Positions 28,817 through 38,150 of a stretch of 38,150 bases of DNA are shown piece by piece (the first letter of the stretch is position 1; every line of letters begins with the position of its first letter). A model generated the notes under the pieces. It saw only the letters and a list, made by a program, of their open reading frames with translations, searched no databases and was not told where the DNA came from. The position numbers and the translations under genes are program-made. Source of the DNA: Kiritimatiellia bacterium (GTDB lineage Bacteria > Verrucomicrobiota > Kiritimatiellia > SLAD01); the NCBI GenBank assembly GCA_007130845.1, contig SLRP01000203.1, forward strand, positions 1 through 38,150, read 5' to 3'.

Positions 28817-29737
28817 ATGGGCGCCAAGTTGGAATTGATAAAGAATGACGCTAATATCGAGCGTCTTTTAAAAAGCAGTCGCGATCTGATAGCTCGCGAC
28901 TTCAAAAAGTCGTCACTTGAATTTATAACTGATGACGAAAACGGGGTTATTGGCAACGGCAAGATGCTGCGATCCCGCATGGCATTCCGTATCGGGCCCG
29001 TGGCAGGTACGGAATCAGAAACTCTGATCCACGCAGCCACAGCCATCGAAATGATTCATACTGCGAGCCTCCTGCACGACGACGTTATTGACGGTGGCCA
29101 AATGCGCCGCAGCGCGCCTTCCTTCTGGGTAGAACGCGGTATCCCGGGCGCGATACTTCTGGGCGACTTTCTCCTTTTCAAGGCCCTTGACATAATCTGT
29201 CAGGCTGAAAGTGGGCTTACGCATCCCATGGTGAAATTCGTAGGGGAAATGTGCATGGCGGAGTCGGAACAGGAGCTGGTTCAACGTGGAGACAGCATTA
29301 CATGGGATGATTGCGTCAATGTCGCACGGCACAAAACAGGGTCACTTTTCGCATTCATAGGTTACGCGAGTGCGGCGAACGACCATGAACTGCGCGATGC
29401 GCTGACCGAGGCGGGCTACGCTGTGGGGACAGCCTACCAGCTGGCTGATGACATTATGGATGCCAAGGGATCGCCTGAAAACTCCGGCAAGACACTTGGA
29501 ACCGACGGCGCTCGAAATATAAATACAGCAATGAGTTTCGTCGACGGTGAACACCGGGTTAATCCCGTGAACTCTGTAAAAGAGACCCTGTCAGCAGCCG
29601 AAGGCCTTCTATCGCCATGGCCGGAAGTGCTGGAAGCATGGCATGTATATATGGAAAAGGATATGTGGCCGAGCATGAGCCAAATGCTGGGGATCAAGGA
29701 GGAATGGCGGAACACCCCTGGAAAGCCTGCCGATTAG
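28817..29737 (+). CDS. polyprenyl diphosphate synthase (medium/long-chain type)
   Basis: GKMLR, first Asp-rich motif ASLLHDDVID...RR, KTGSLF, second motif YQLADDIMD, GKTLGTD. Confidence 0.9.
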   Translation: MGAKLELIKNDANIERLLKSSRDLIARDFKKSSLEFITDDENGVIGNGKMLRSRMAFRIGPVAGTESETLIHAATAIEMIHTASLLHDDVIDGGQMRRSAPSFWVERGIPGAILLGDFLLFKALDIICQAESGLTHPMVKFVGEMCMAESEQELVQRGDSITWDDCVNVARHKTGSLFAFIGYASAANDHELRDALTEAGYAVGTAYQLADDIMDAKGSPENSGKTLGTDGARNINTAMSFVDGEHRVNPVNSVKETLSAAEGLLSPWPEVLEAWHVYMEKDMWPSMSQMLGIKEEWRNTPGKPAD

Positions 29738-29786
29738 CCGTTTGCAAGGCAGGCGAAAAAGATCGTAAGGATTTTTTGATATCTAA

Positions 29787-29814
29787 TTGACATAGCGAAA
29801 CTCCTTTGTAAAGT
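29787..29814 (+). promoter_or_regulatory. sigma70-like promoter of the nqr operon
   Basis: TTGACA-N16-TAAAGT about 100 nt upstream of nqrA. Confidence 0.6.
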
Positions 29815-29913
29815 CGATGACCTTGATTGGACCATACCCGATTGTGTTGCCATGGCGCAGGGTATCGGCGCCGGTCTGATTCAACAAGTTAATTTTTTGA
29901 ATCTCGGGAGAGA

Positions 29914-31287
29914 ATGAACCCTATAGAGATAAAGAAAGGATTGGATATACCATTAACCGGCAAACCTGTGCCGGAAATGGAAGGCGGCATAATATCCACC
30001 GACACAGTCAGCGTCTATCCGTCTGAATTCGAGGGGGTTAAAGAAAAGCTTCATATTAATGAAGGTGATTCCGTAAAACGCGGCACCCCGCTTTTCTTCA
30101 ATAAACGGATGCATGAACTGCAGTTTCTATCACCGGGTGGCGGCAAGATTTCCGAGATTAAATTCGGACCGCGACGTTCAATTCACAGCATAACCATAGA
30201 GCTGGATGCGGAAGAAGAAGTCGAGCCCCTGAGAAAATTCGAGCCGGAACAGATCAGAGAGGTCGACCGCAACGAAATCGTTCAGCATCTGCTCTCTACC
30301 GGGATGTGGGCGTATATCAGGCAGCGGCCGTTTTCACATATCGCCGACAAGGACGTTACTCCAAAGTCTATTTTCATAAATGCAATGAATACGGCTCCAT
30401 TTCAGCCGGATATTCATGTCTTGGTGAAGGAAAATGAGCAGGCATTCCAGGCCGGTATTGACGCCATGACCAGCTTGACGGATGGGGATGTTCACCTATG
30501 CATCTCAGCTGACGCGGAGAACCCCTCAACTGCCGTCACTGAAGCCGGAAACGCACAGGTCCACGCATTCAGGGGGCCGCACCCCTCGGGAAATTCCAGT
30601 GTGCATATTCACCACATAGATCCCATGGAAACTCATGACAAGGTATGGGTTGTCAGGGCATCGGACCTTATCACCATCGGGCAGCTATTCATTAATGGTG
30701 AATATCCTGCGGAGCGCACTATCGCGCTGGGCGGATCGGGGGTCAACCCGGAGGCATGCAAATACTATAGAATGCGGCACGGTGGATCATTGAAACCGCT
30801 TCTTGACGGACGGATGAAAGACGGGGAACAGCGGGTTCTACGCGGGGACTGCCTGTCGGGGATCAAGATATCCGCTGACGAGGGACTCCCCTTCTACGGA
30901 TCCTCTCTTACCGTAATCCCGGAAGGCAGGGAACGTTTTTTCCTTGGATGGCTGGGGCCGGGTATGGACAGATACAGTCCTTCGCGGACATTCCTTTCGA
31001 CATGGTTGAGGAAAGACAGTAAATGGGACCTGAACACCAACCTCAATGGAAGCCGGAGATCGATGGTGCTGACAGGGCTTTACAACGAATTTCTGCCGCT
31101 GAATATAATGGTGGATTATCTCGTGCGGGCCGTGCTTGCCCACGACACGGACGAAGCCATCTCTCTGGGTATACTTGAGACCGACCCTGAGGATTTCGCA
31201 CTCTGTTCCTTTGTATGCCCGTCCAAGATGGAGATCAGCCACATCATAAGACAGGGGCTTGATGAAATAGAGAAGGAAGGTATTTAG
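29914..31287 (+). CDS. nqrA: Na+-translocating NADH:quinone reductase subunit A
   Basis: IKKGLDIPLTG, SPGGG, IRQRPFS, GPHPSGN, EDFALCSFVCPSK. Confidence 0.96.
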   Translation: MNPIEIKKGLDIPLTGKPVPEMEGGIISTDTVSVYPSEFEGVKEKLHINEGDSVKRGTPLFFNKRMHELQFLSPGGGKISEIKFGPRRSIHSITIELDAEEEVEPLRKFEPEQIREVDRNEIVQHLLSTGMWAYIRQRPFSHIADKDVTPKSIFINAMNTAPFQPDIHVLVKENEQAFQAGIDAMTSLTDGDVHLCISADAENPSTAVTEAGNAQVHAFRGPHPSGNSSVHIHHIDPMETHDKVWVVRASDLITIGQLFINGEYPAERTIALGGSGVNPEACKYYRMRHGGSLKPLLDGRMKDGEQRVLRGDCLSGIKISADEGLPFYGSSLTVIPEGRERFFLGWLGPGMDRYSPSRTFLSTWLRKDSKWDLNTNLNGSRRSMVLTGLYNEFLPLNIMVDYLVRAVLAHDTDEAISLGILETDPEDFALCSFVCPSKMEISHIIRQGLDEIEKEGI

Positions 31288-31291
31288 CCGA

Positions 31292-32512
31292 ATGAAATTT
31301 CTGCTGGACCAGTTGGAAAAAGTAAAACCGCTGTTCATGCCCGGCGGTAAACTGGAAAAACTGTATCCTCTCTACGAGGCCAAGGATACGTTTCTCTTCA
31401 CTCCTGGCGAGGTTACCGACCGCCCTCCACATGTGCGCGGGGCGCTGGACACAAAGAGAATGATGATCACGGTCGTCCTTGCCCTGATACCCTGCATCCT
31501 TTTCGGGATATACAACGCCGGTCATCAATACAACATTGTCAACCAGATCCCTGACACGGGTTTCCTGGATCATTTCACGCGCGGGGCCATCATAGTTCTT
31601 CCAATAATCATAGTGTCCTATGCCGTTGGGGGCACGCTGGAGCTTCTGTTCTGCATAATACGCAGACATGAAATAAACGAGGGATTTCTGGTAACAGGGA
31701 TGCTGTTTCCGCTCACACTTCCGCCTACAATACCTCTATGGCAGGTGGCGGTCGGCATCGCGTTCGGCGTGGTCATAGGCAAGGAGATATTTGGAGGCAC
31801 GGGCTTCAATGTACTCAACCCGGCGCTTACCGCCCGCGCGTTTCTCTTTTTCGCATATCCGAGCGAGATAACAGGCGACAACATCTGGACGGTAGTGAAG
31901 GATTCTGAAAACGTCGTGGACGGCTTCACAGGCGCCACGCCTCTGGGATTGGCGGCCGTCGCTCCGGAAGGGGTGGATATCGTTGAATATCTGAAGGATG
32001 CCGGGTTCGACTGGTGGACCATGGCCGGCGGCCTGTCAGGAGGCAGTATCGGGGAAACGGCCTTCCTGGCCTGCCTTATAGGAGCAGCCGTACTCATTAT
32101 ATCCGGCATAGGATCATGGCGCATCATGACCGGATGCGTAATAGGGCTGTTTCTTGGAAGTTCCCTGCTTAACCTGATGCCCGAGGACACATTCCACCCG
32201 TTCACCCAGCTTCCCTTCCACTACCATCTGGTTTTCGGGGGATTTGCGTTCGGCGCAGTGTTCATGGCAACGGATCCGGTTTCCTCATCGGCCACTCTCA
32301 AGGGAAAATGGATATACGGCATAATGATCGGACTCCTGACTGTCACCATACGAGTTGCCAATCCGGCGTTCCCCGGCGGCGTAATGCTTGCAATCCTGTT
32401 TATGAATGTCATGGCGCCGGTTATTGATCATTTCGTGCTTCAGGCGCATATAAAATCACGCAGGAAAAAAGCCAGAGAACAGAGTTTGAAATATGTCCAA
32501 GCCCAAAGGTGA
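31292..32512 (+). CDS. nqrB: Na+-NQR subunit B
   Basis: HVRGALDTKRMM, INEGFLVT, KEIFGGTG, FMN site DGFTGATPL, GSIGET, FMATDPVS. Confidence 0.97.
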   Translation: MKFLLDQLEKVKPLFMPGGKLEKLYPLYEAKDTFLFTPGEVTDRPPHVRGALDTKRMMITVVLALIPCILFGIYNAGHQYNIVNQIPDTGFLDHFTRGAIIVLPIIIVSYAVGGTLELLFCIIRRHEINEGFLVTGMLFPLTLPPTIPLWQVAVGIAFGVVIGKEIFGGTGFNVLNPALTARAFLFFAYPSEITGDNIWTVVKDSENVVDGFTGATPLGLAAVAPEGVDIVEYLKDAGFDWWTMAGGLSGGSIGETAFLACLIGAAVLIISGIGSWRIMTGCVIGLFLGSSLLNLMPEDTFHPFTQLPFHYHLVFGGFAFGAVFMATDPVSSSATLKGKWIYGIMIGLLTVTIRVANPAFPGGVMLAILFMNVMAPVIDHFVLQAHIKSRRKKAREQSLKYVQAQR

Positions 32513-33218
32513 TAAACAGACATTCCTATTCGCGTTCGTTATTCTGACCGTGTGCAGCATGCTGTTGTCTGCCGCGGCAGCGGCGTTGCGTGACAGGCAG
32601 CAGATGATGGTCGAATTCGACCGTAAGCGGAACGTGTTGATTGCCTTCGGTGTGGATCCGGTTCATGAGGACGGAACCAGATACACCCCGGAGGATGTAG
32701 ACCGATACGTTGACGAATTCATCCGGGAAGTGATTATTGACGCGGATACCGGGGAAATAATACCGGATATCACCAGCGCGGATGTAGAACCCCGTTTGCT
32801 ACGGGAGAAACGGAAACTCCCCCTGTTCCTGTGGGAGGAGGACGGTGAAGTCAAACGTTATGCATTTCCCGTGTCGGGATACGGACTATGGTCGACCATA
32901 TACGGATTTCTGGCGCTGGAAGACGACCTGGCCACCATTTCAGGCATAACGTTCTATGACCACGGCGAAACCCCCGGGCTGGGGGCAGAAGTCGAACGCG
33001 CATGGTTCCGTGATCAGTTTGAGGGCAAGGTCCTTTACAAGGACGGGGAACCGGTGGAATTTAAAGTGGCTAAGGGACGTGCCGAGGCTCAATATCCGGA
33101 CATGATTGATCACGCAGTGGACGGTATAAGCGGGGCAACCATAACCGGCAAAGGGGTAGCCGATTTCATAACCCGCGATTTCAAGAAGTATAATAAGTAC
33201 TTTGAGACGATCCGGTAG
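32493..33218 (+). CDS. nqrC: Na+-NQR subunit C
   Basis: N-terminal TM, GYGLWSTIYG, HGETPGLGAE, FMN site DGISGATIT. Confidence 0.96.
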   Translation: MSKPKGDKQTFLFAFVILTVCSMLLSAAAAALRDRQQMMVEFDRKRNVLIAFGVDPVHEDGTRYTPEDVDRYVDEFIREVIIDADTGEIIPDITSADVEPRLLREKRKLPLFLWEEDGEVKRYAFPVSGYGLWSTIYGFLALEDDLATISGITFYDHGETPGLGAEVERAWFRDQFEGKVLYKDGEPVEFKVAKGRAEAQYPDMIDHAVDGISGATITGKGVADFITRDFKKYNKYFETIR

Positions 33219-33374
33219 CGGACAAGACCGCCGTGTACAGCGCGGCAACAAAAAGGGGACGCAGGCTGATACGAGCCGGTTGACGTCCGGAAATAAAAAA
33301 GTAAATTTTTCGGCCGACAACTCTTGATTGAAAGGCAAAAGGCGTTTAAGGATTAAGGAAACGCAGGTTGAATC

Positions 33375-33977
33375 ATGGCTATAGCAAAGAAAGTCATTAC
33401 AGATCCACTATCGGACAACAATCCGATCACCATACAGGTGCTGGGCATATGCTCGGCTCTTGCTGTTACGGTACAGATGGATACCGCCTTCGTCATGTCC
33501 CTTGCAGTGATTTCGGTTATTACCCTCTCCAATGCAATAATTTCCGCAATGCGCAACCTGATACCCGGCAAGATACGAATGATTGTAGAGGTCACCGTAA
33601 TTGCTTCACTGGTCGCACTTACGGATCAGTTACTACGGGCGTATTTCTTCGAAATGAGCCGGCAACTCAGCATTTTCGTAGGTCTTATTATTACCAATTG
33701 CATGATAATGGGCCGCGCTGAGGCTTTTGCCACGCAAAATCCGGTAGGGCCATCCTTGATGGACGGACTTGGAAACGGATTGGGCTACAGTGTAATCCTT
33801 CTGCTGGTTGCATCCGGCAGGGAGATATTGGGAAGCGGAACATGGTATCACCTGCAGGTCCTTCCGGAAGCATACTACGGTAACGGACTGGCGGTTCTGG
33901 CCCCGGGCGCATTTCTCATTCTGGGAATAATAATCTGGATTCAGCGTACGATAAGCGGGAATTTCAAGGACGATTAG
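33375..33977 (+). CDS. nqrD: Na+-NQR subunit D
   Basis: NPITIQVLGICSALAVT, GLIITNCMIMGRAEAF, DGLGNGLGY. Confidence 0.97.
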   Translation: MAIAKKVITDPLSDNNPITIQVLGICSALAVTVQMDTAFVMSLAVISVITLSNAIISAMRNLIPGKIRMIVEVTVIASLVALTDQLLRAYFFEMSRQLSIFVGLIITNCMIMGRAEAFATQNPVGPSLMDGLGNGLGYSVILLLVASGREILGSGTWYHLQVLPEAYYGNGLAVLAPGAFLILGIIIWIQRTISGNFKDD

Positions 33978-33995
33978 CGGTAAACGGGAAGCATC

Positions 33996-34610
33996 ATGGA
34001 TCTCATCAACCTTGCAGTAAAGACCATATTCATTGAAAACATCGTGCTGGCATATTTTCTCGGCATGTGTTCGTTTCTTGCATGTTCCAAGAAGATAGAG
34101 ACAGCCACGGGGCTTGGAATGGCGGTGATATGCGTTCTCGGGCTTACCGTGCCTTTCAACTGGTTCATCGAAACCTATTTCCTCATGGAAGGCGCGATGG
34201 CCTGGACTGGAGTACAGGCCTTGGCGGCGCTGGACCTGTCATTCCTGAACCTGTTGAGCTTCATAGCCGTAATAGCCTGCACCGTACAGGTTGTCGAGAT
34301 GGTACTGGACCGGTTCTTCCCGAAGCTTTATCACTCGCTCGGGATCTTTCTTCCCCTGATCACCGTAAACTGCGCAATTCTGGGAGGGTCCCTCTTCATG
34401 GTGGAGCGCCAGTACACTCTGGCCGAATCGGCAGTGTACGGAGTCTCTTCCGGGGCAGGCTTTGCTCTTGCCATAGTCAGCATAGCCGCGCTTCGCAAGA
34501 AGATACGGTATTCGGATATTCCTCCGGGTTTGCAGGGACTGGGCATGACCATGATTCTTACGGGGCTGATGTCGATGGCTTTCATGTGCTTCGCGGGGAT
34601 CGATCTCTAG
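33996..34610 (+). CDS. nqrE: Na+-NQR subunit E
   Basis: [38 protein letters not shown]. Confidence 0.97.
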   Translation: MDLINLAVKTIFIENIVLAYFLGMCSFLACSKKIETATGLGMAVICVLGLTVPFNWFIETYFLMEGAMAWTGVQALAALDLSFLNLLSFIAVIACTVQVVEMVLDRFFPKLYHSLGIFLPLITVNCAILGGSLFMVERQYTLAESAVYGVSSGAGFALAIVSIAALRKKIRYSDIPPGLQGLGMTMILTGLMSMAFMCFAGIDL

Positions 34611-34628
34611 GAGTTCTTTTATTACTCG

Positions 34629-35861
34629 ATGAATCAAATTGTCATAGACGTGATGGTCAGCACGGTGGTGTTTACAGGCATCATCATGCTGCTTGTTGTA
34701 GGACTGGTATTTATATCCAAGAAGTTGTCGCCCGGCGGCGAAGTCTCCATTGACATTAATAAGGGGCAGAAGAACATCAATTCTTCGCCGGGATCCAATC
34801 TTCTTGCAGTGCTAGCCGATAACAAGGTCTTTCTCCCCTCCGCCTGCGGGGGTGGCGGCACATGCGCGCTCTGCAAGTGCACCGTGGATGAAGGCGGCGG
34901 CTCCATACTCCCGACTGAAACCGGCCATATCAACAAACAGGAGGCGCGCAAGGGCGTGCGCCTGGCTTGCCAGGTCAAGGTCAAGAAGGATATGAAGATC
35001 CGTGTGCCCGACGAGGTGCTTGAAATCAAGAAATTCAAGGGCACAGTGCGGTCCAACCATAACGTGGCCACATTCATCAAGGAGTTGATCGTGGATCTGG
35101 AGCCCGGATTCAATCTGGATTTCCAGGCGGGAGGATATATCCAGATAGACATTCCAAAGTTCGACATATCTTTCAAGGACTTCGAGGTTGAAGACAAGTT
35201 TCATGATGATTGGGACAAGCTGGATCTATGGAAACACAAGCTTGTAAACAATGAACCTTGTTTCCGTGCGTATTCCATGGCGAACCATCCGGCTGAAGGC
35301 AACATGGTCATGTTGAATGTGCGCATAGCTACGCCTCCGCCGAACATATCCGACGCCCCTCCAGGTGTGGCGTCTACCTACATTTTCTCATTGAAACCCG
35401 GAGATGAAGTGTGGATGAGCGGTCCATTCGGGGAGTTCTACGCCAAGGATTCCGACAGGGAAATGGTATATATTGGGGGCGGCGCAGGAATGGCCCCGAT
35501 GCGGAGCCATATCTTCGACCTGTTCCGAACCAGGAAAACCAACAGGAAGGTCAGCTACTGGTATGGAGGACGTTCTCTCAGGGAACTTTTCTATCTCGAT
35601 GATTTCAAAGGGATTGAAAAGGATTTCCCAAACTTCTCATTCCATGTAGCCCTGAGTGAACCGCGCGAAGATGATAACTGGGACGGCCCAACGGGCTTCA
35701 TACATACGGTGGTATTCGAAAATTACCTCAAAAATCATCCTGACCCGGACGAAATAGAATATTATCTTTGCGGACCACCCCCGATGATAGCAGCTTGCAA
35801 CAAGATGCTGTATGATCTGGGTGTGGAACAGGAAATGATCGCCTACGACGAGTTCGGTTGA
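34629..35861 (+). CDS. nqrF: Na+-NQR subunit F
   Basis: 2Fe-2[13 protein letters not shown]...[31 protein letters not shown]-terminal DEFG. Confidence 0.98.
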   Translation: MNQIVIDVMVSTVVFTGIIMLLVVGLVFISKKLSPGGEVSIDINKGQKNINSSPGSNLLAVLADNKVFLPSACGGGGTCALCKCTVDEGGGSILPTETGHINKQEARKGVRLACQVKVKKDMKIRVPDEVLEIKKFKGTVRSNHNVATFIKELIVDLEPGFNLDFQAGGYIQIDIPKFDISFKDFEVEDKFHDDWDKLDLWKHKLVNNEPCFRAYSMANHPAEGNMVMLNVRIATPPPNISDAPPGVASTYIFSLKPGDEVWMSGPFGEFYAKDSDREMVYIGGGAGMAPMRSHIFDLFRTRKTNRKVSYWYGGRSLRELFYLDDFKGIEKDFPNFSFHVALSEPREDDNWDGPTGFIHTVVFENYLKNHPDPDEIEYYLCGPPPMIAACNKMLYDLGVEQEMIAYDEFG

Positions 35862-36970
35862 TTCCGCGGAGGGCAATGAAAGTAATTCAGCCCAGACCCT
35901 TCCACCCCGGCAAAGCCCTCTTTGTGTTTTCGGTGCTCCTGGCCGTGACCATTTATCACTTCTTTTTTCGTGATACACCGGGACCGGACCATGTTCATTG
36001 GACCGGCAGCACAATGGGAACACACTATGTAATCCGCATAGCCCAATCGCCACTTACACAGAATTCGTTGCGTGAACTGCACTCTGAAATCGAAGCATAT
36101 CTGTTGAAGGCCAACAAGCAGATGTCCACCTATCTCCGGGACAGCGAGATCACTAAGTTCAATCAAAGCAGAACAACGGATCCATTTGAGGTTTCTCCTG
36201 CTTTCGCCGAGGTTACCCGCTATGCTGTAAAACTCTCGGAAATGACCGACGGTGCATTCGACCCCACTATTGATCCCCTGCTGGCCCTTTGGGGGTTCGG
36301 TCCGGACGCAAACATCCGGAGACAATTGCCCGACACAATGGAAATTGAACGTGCCATGGGGCAAACAGGATATGAGCATATAGCAGTACCCGCCGACAAC
36401 CTGATACAAAAACGGATTCCGGAAATAACATTGAACCTCAACGCCATCGCAAAAGGATACGCAGCTGACAGGGTTTCAGAAATACTCAACAGTCATGGAC
36501 TTACCAACCATTATGTCGAATTGGGTGGAGACCTGATTGTATCCGGAAAGAATCACGACGGGAAAAAATGGAGAATAGGAATAGAAATACCCGACCCCGA
36601 CTCCGAACCCGGAACCTCTTTGGCCGGCATTGCGAATATATCGAATGCGGCGGTTGCCGGTTCAGGGGACTATCGCGACGTCTGGACCGGGCCGGATGGA
36701 GAGACATATTCACATATCCTGGATCCCCGCACGGGTGCTCCCGTCAGGCATAACCTCGGGGCCGTAACCGTGATAGCCCCGACCTGCATGAAGGCGGACG
36801 GTATAGCAACGGCCGTCTTCGTCATGGGGCCTGAAGAAGGTGTCCGCTGGATAAATGAACGTGAGAATACTGAAGCCATGTTTATATACCGGAACGACGA
36901 GAACTCATACGGGTATATCTTCAGTGACGGATTCAAGGAAGAGGCGTCATTTGATCAGTTGATCGACTGA
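35858..36970 (+). CDS. apbE: FAD:protein FMN transferase ApbE
   Basis: [54 protein letters not shown]. Start TTG 35858 or ATG 35876. Confidence 0.95.
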   Translation: MIPRRAMKVIQPRPFHPGKALFVFSVLLAVTIYHFFFRDTPGPDHVHWTGSTMGTHYVIRIAQSPLTQNSLRELHSEIEAYLLKANKQMSTYLRDSEITKFNQSRTTDPFEVSPAFAEVTRYAVKLSEMTDGAFDPTIDPLLALWGFGPDANIRRQLPDTMEIERAMGQTGYEHIAVPADNLIQKRIPEITLNLNAIAKGYAADRVSEILNSHGLTNHYVELGGDLIVSGKNHDGKKWRIGIEIPDPDSEPGTSLAGIANISNAAVAGSGDYRDVWTGPDGETYSHILDPRTGAPVRHNLGAVTVIAPTCMKADGIATAVFVMGPEEGVRWINERENTEAMFIYRNDENSYGYIFSDGFKEEASFDQLID

Positions 36971-37659
36971 CCGTGCCCTCCGCATAGTTCAACTTTCTAG
37001 ATTCCACTCCTGCACCATAATAGGGAATGCAGTCCCCTACCATGAATTTCACATCGGTACGCCTCACCTTCATGCATCACCGCATTCCTCCTCATAATCG
37101 TAATCATCCTGCCCCTCAACAATACGCTGGATGGCACTTCGTGGACATGATGGACAGAATCGCCGAATATAATCGCCCCAACTTTGGACAGGCCACAGGT
37201 GAAACCTCGAATATAATGCGTATCAAGACAGCCCAGCCATCCGTTTACTTCCCGTATCCCTCCGGGCCGTTAACTGTTATGTCTGTGGAGGCTCTGTCGA
37301 AATTGATTATATACCGCAAGTTTCACGTAAATTCATGCAAGCAATTCATAAGCCTACCGAATTCTCTTGAGTTTTCATGGGTGAAAATATTCTAAAATAA
37401 TCCGGGAACGGGTGATTATGAGCACGATTAAGATCATGATTTTGTAGAATGCAATCAGGATGGCGGCTGGACAGCACGATACCCCGACACCTTGCGCACT
37501 AAACACACATCGCGAAACCTGAGCGGCGGAAATCAAGGTTGCCCGTCGCTATCGTCTATTTTGAGTTAATTCCTACAGAATGGAGGGTACCTACCCTTAT
37601 TGTGCCCAGACGCATGCATGTGATAGGATTCATCGGTAGTATCATGACGTGGAGCATAC

Positions 37660-38150
37660 ATGCGCAGAAAAAAAGACAATGTGGACCTAATATGCGATAT
37701 AGCGGAACTGGCCGGACTGTTTGAAAAAAGCAGCAGCCTGGAAGATTTCCTTGATACAGCCACCAACATTATCGCATGGCACATGAAAGCCGCGGTATGC
37801 TCAATCTATCTATATGATGATGAGACGAAGGAAATCATTCTCAGGGCAACACAGGGATTGACCCATTCCGCAATTGGAAACGTACGGCTTAAACTTGGAG
37901 AAGGCCTTACCGGTCTATCCTTGAAGGAGCTCAGGCCTATTTGTGAAGGCCGAGGTTCAGAAAACCCAAACTTTAAATATTTTCCTGATATCCATGAGGA
38001 TAAATATGAAGCCTTTCTTGCCGTCCCAATATTGAGGGGCCTTGCAAGGGTAGGAGTAGTGGTCGTTCAGGATCCGCAGCCGGATTACTTCGATAATAAC
38101 GATGTAAAAGCCTTGCGCGCAATAGCCGGACAGCTTGCAACGACTATTGA
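37660..38150 (+). CDS. ptsP: GAF-domain protein, probably PtsP (enzyme I-Ntr); runs off window
   Basis: GGAG then ATG 37660: MRRKKDNVDLICDIAEL...VCSIYLYD...LRATQGL...LKLGEGLTG...NPNFKYFP...FLAVPI...VVVVQ, matching the PtsP N-terminal GAF pattern. Open to the window end. Confidence 0.75.
   Translation, partial: MRRKKDNVDLICDIAELAGLFEKSSSLEDFLDTATNIIAWHMKAAVCSIYLYDDETKEIILRATQGLTHSAIGNVRLKLGEGLTGLSLKELRPICEGRGSENPNFKYFPDIHEDKYEAFLAVPILRGLARVGVVVVQDPQPDYFDNNDVKALRAIAGQLATTI

Noticed and set aside
29914-35861. Rnf complex
   Set aside because: Order A-B-C-D-E-F, an NqrF with 2Fe-2S/FAD/NADH motifs and no RnfB/RnfC 4Fe-4S motifs identify Na+-NQR.

Overview
A 38 kb bacterial chromosomal window of mostly housekeeping genes. 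Gene content and style suggest a PVC-superphylum organism such as Kiritimatiellota (inference only). Left to right: the C-terminal tail of an integron-type tyrosine recombinase with an in-frame TAA, converging on tRNA-Gly(TCC); a PAS-GAF hybrid histidine kinase divergent from a cystathionine beta-synthase / gamma-lyase pair; a ~0.5 kb non-coding insertion; tsaD, ctpA, Zn-peptidase, cutA; an ECF sigma / anti-sigma / periplasmic protein trio; rsfS-nadD, eno, putP; an unannotated 53-aa Zn-finger ORF; a SWIM-SNF2 ATPase; NAD-type isocitrate dehydrogenase; a zinc-ribbon membrane protein coupled to a catalytically degenerate hybrid kinase; tRNA-Val-thrS-infC (ATC start); gpmI; a polyprenyl synthase; a complete nqrABCDEF-apbE cluster; and the start of a GAF protein, probably ptsP. 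The most unusual item is the 5188-5761 element: inverted arrays of 14-bp repeats bracketed by a 47-bp direct repeat that duplicates the formerly overlapping 3' ends of two convergent genes. Next are the pseudokinase operon with a palindromic operator, a G-U-rich structured nqrA leader, and the nonsense-truncated integrase at a tRNA 3' end. All calls come from reading motifs by eye; no searches were run.
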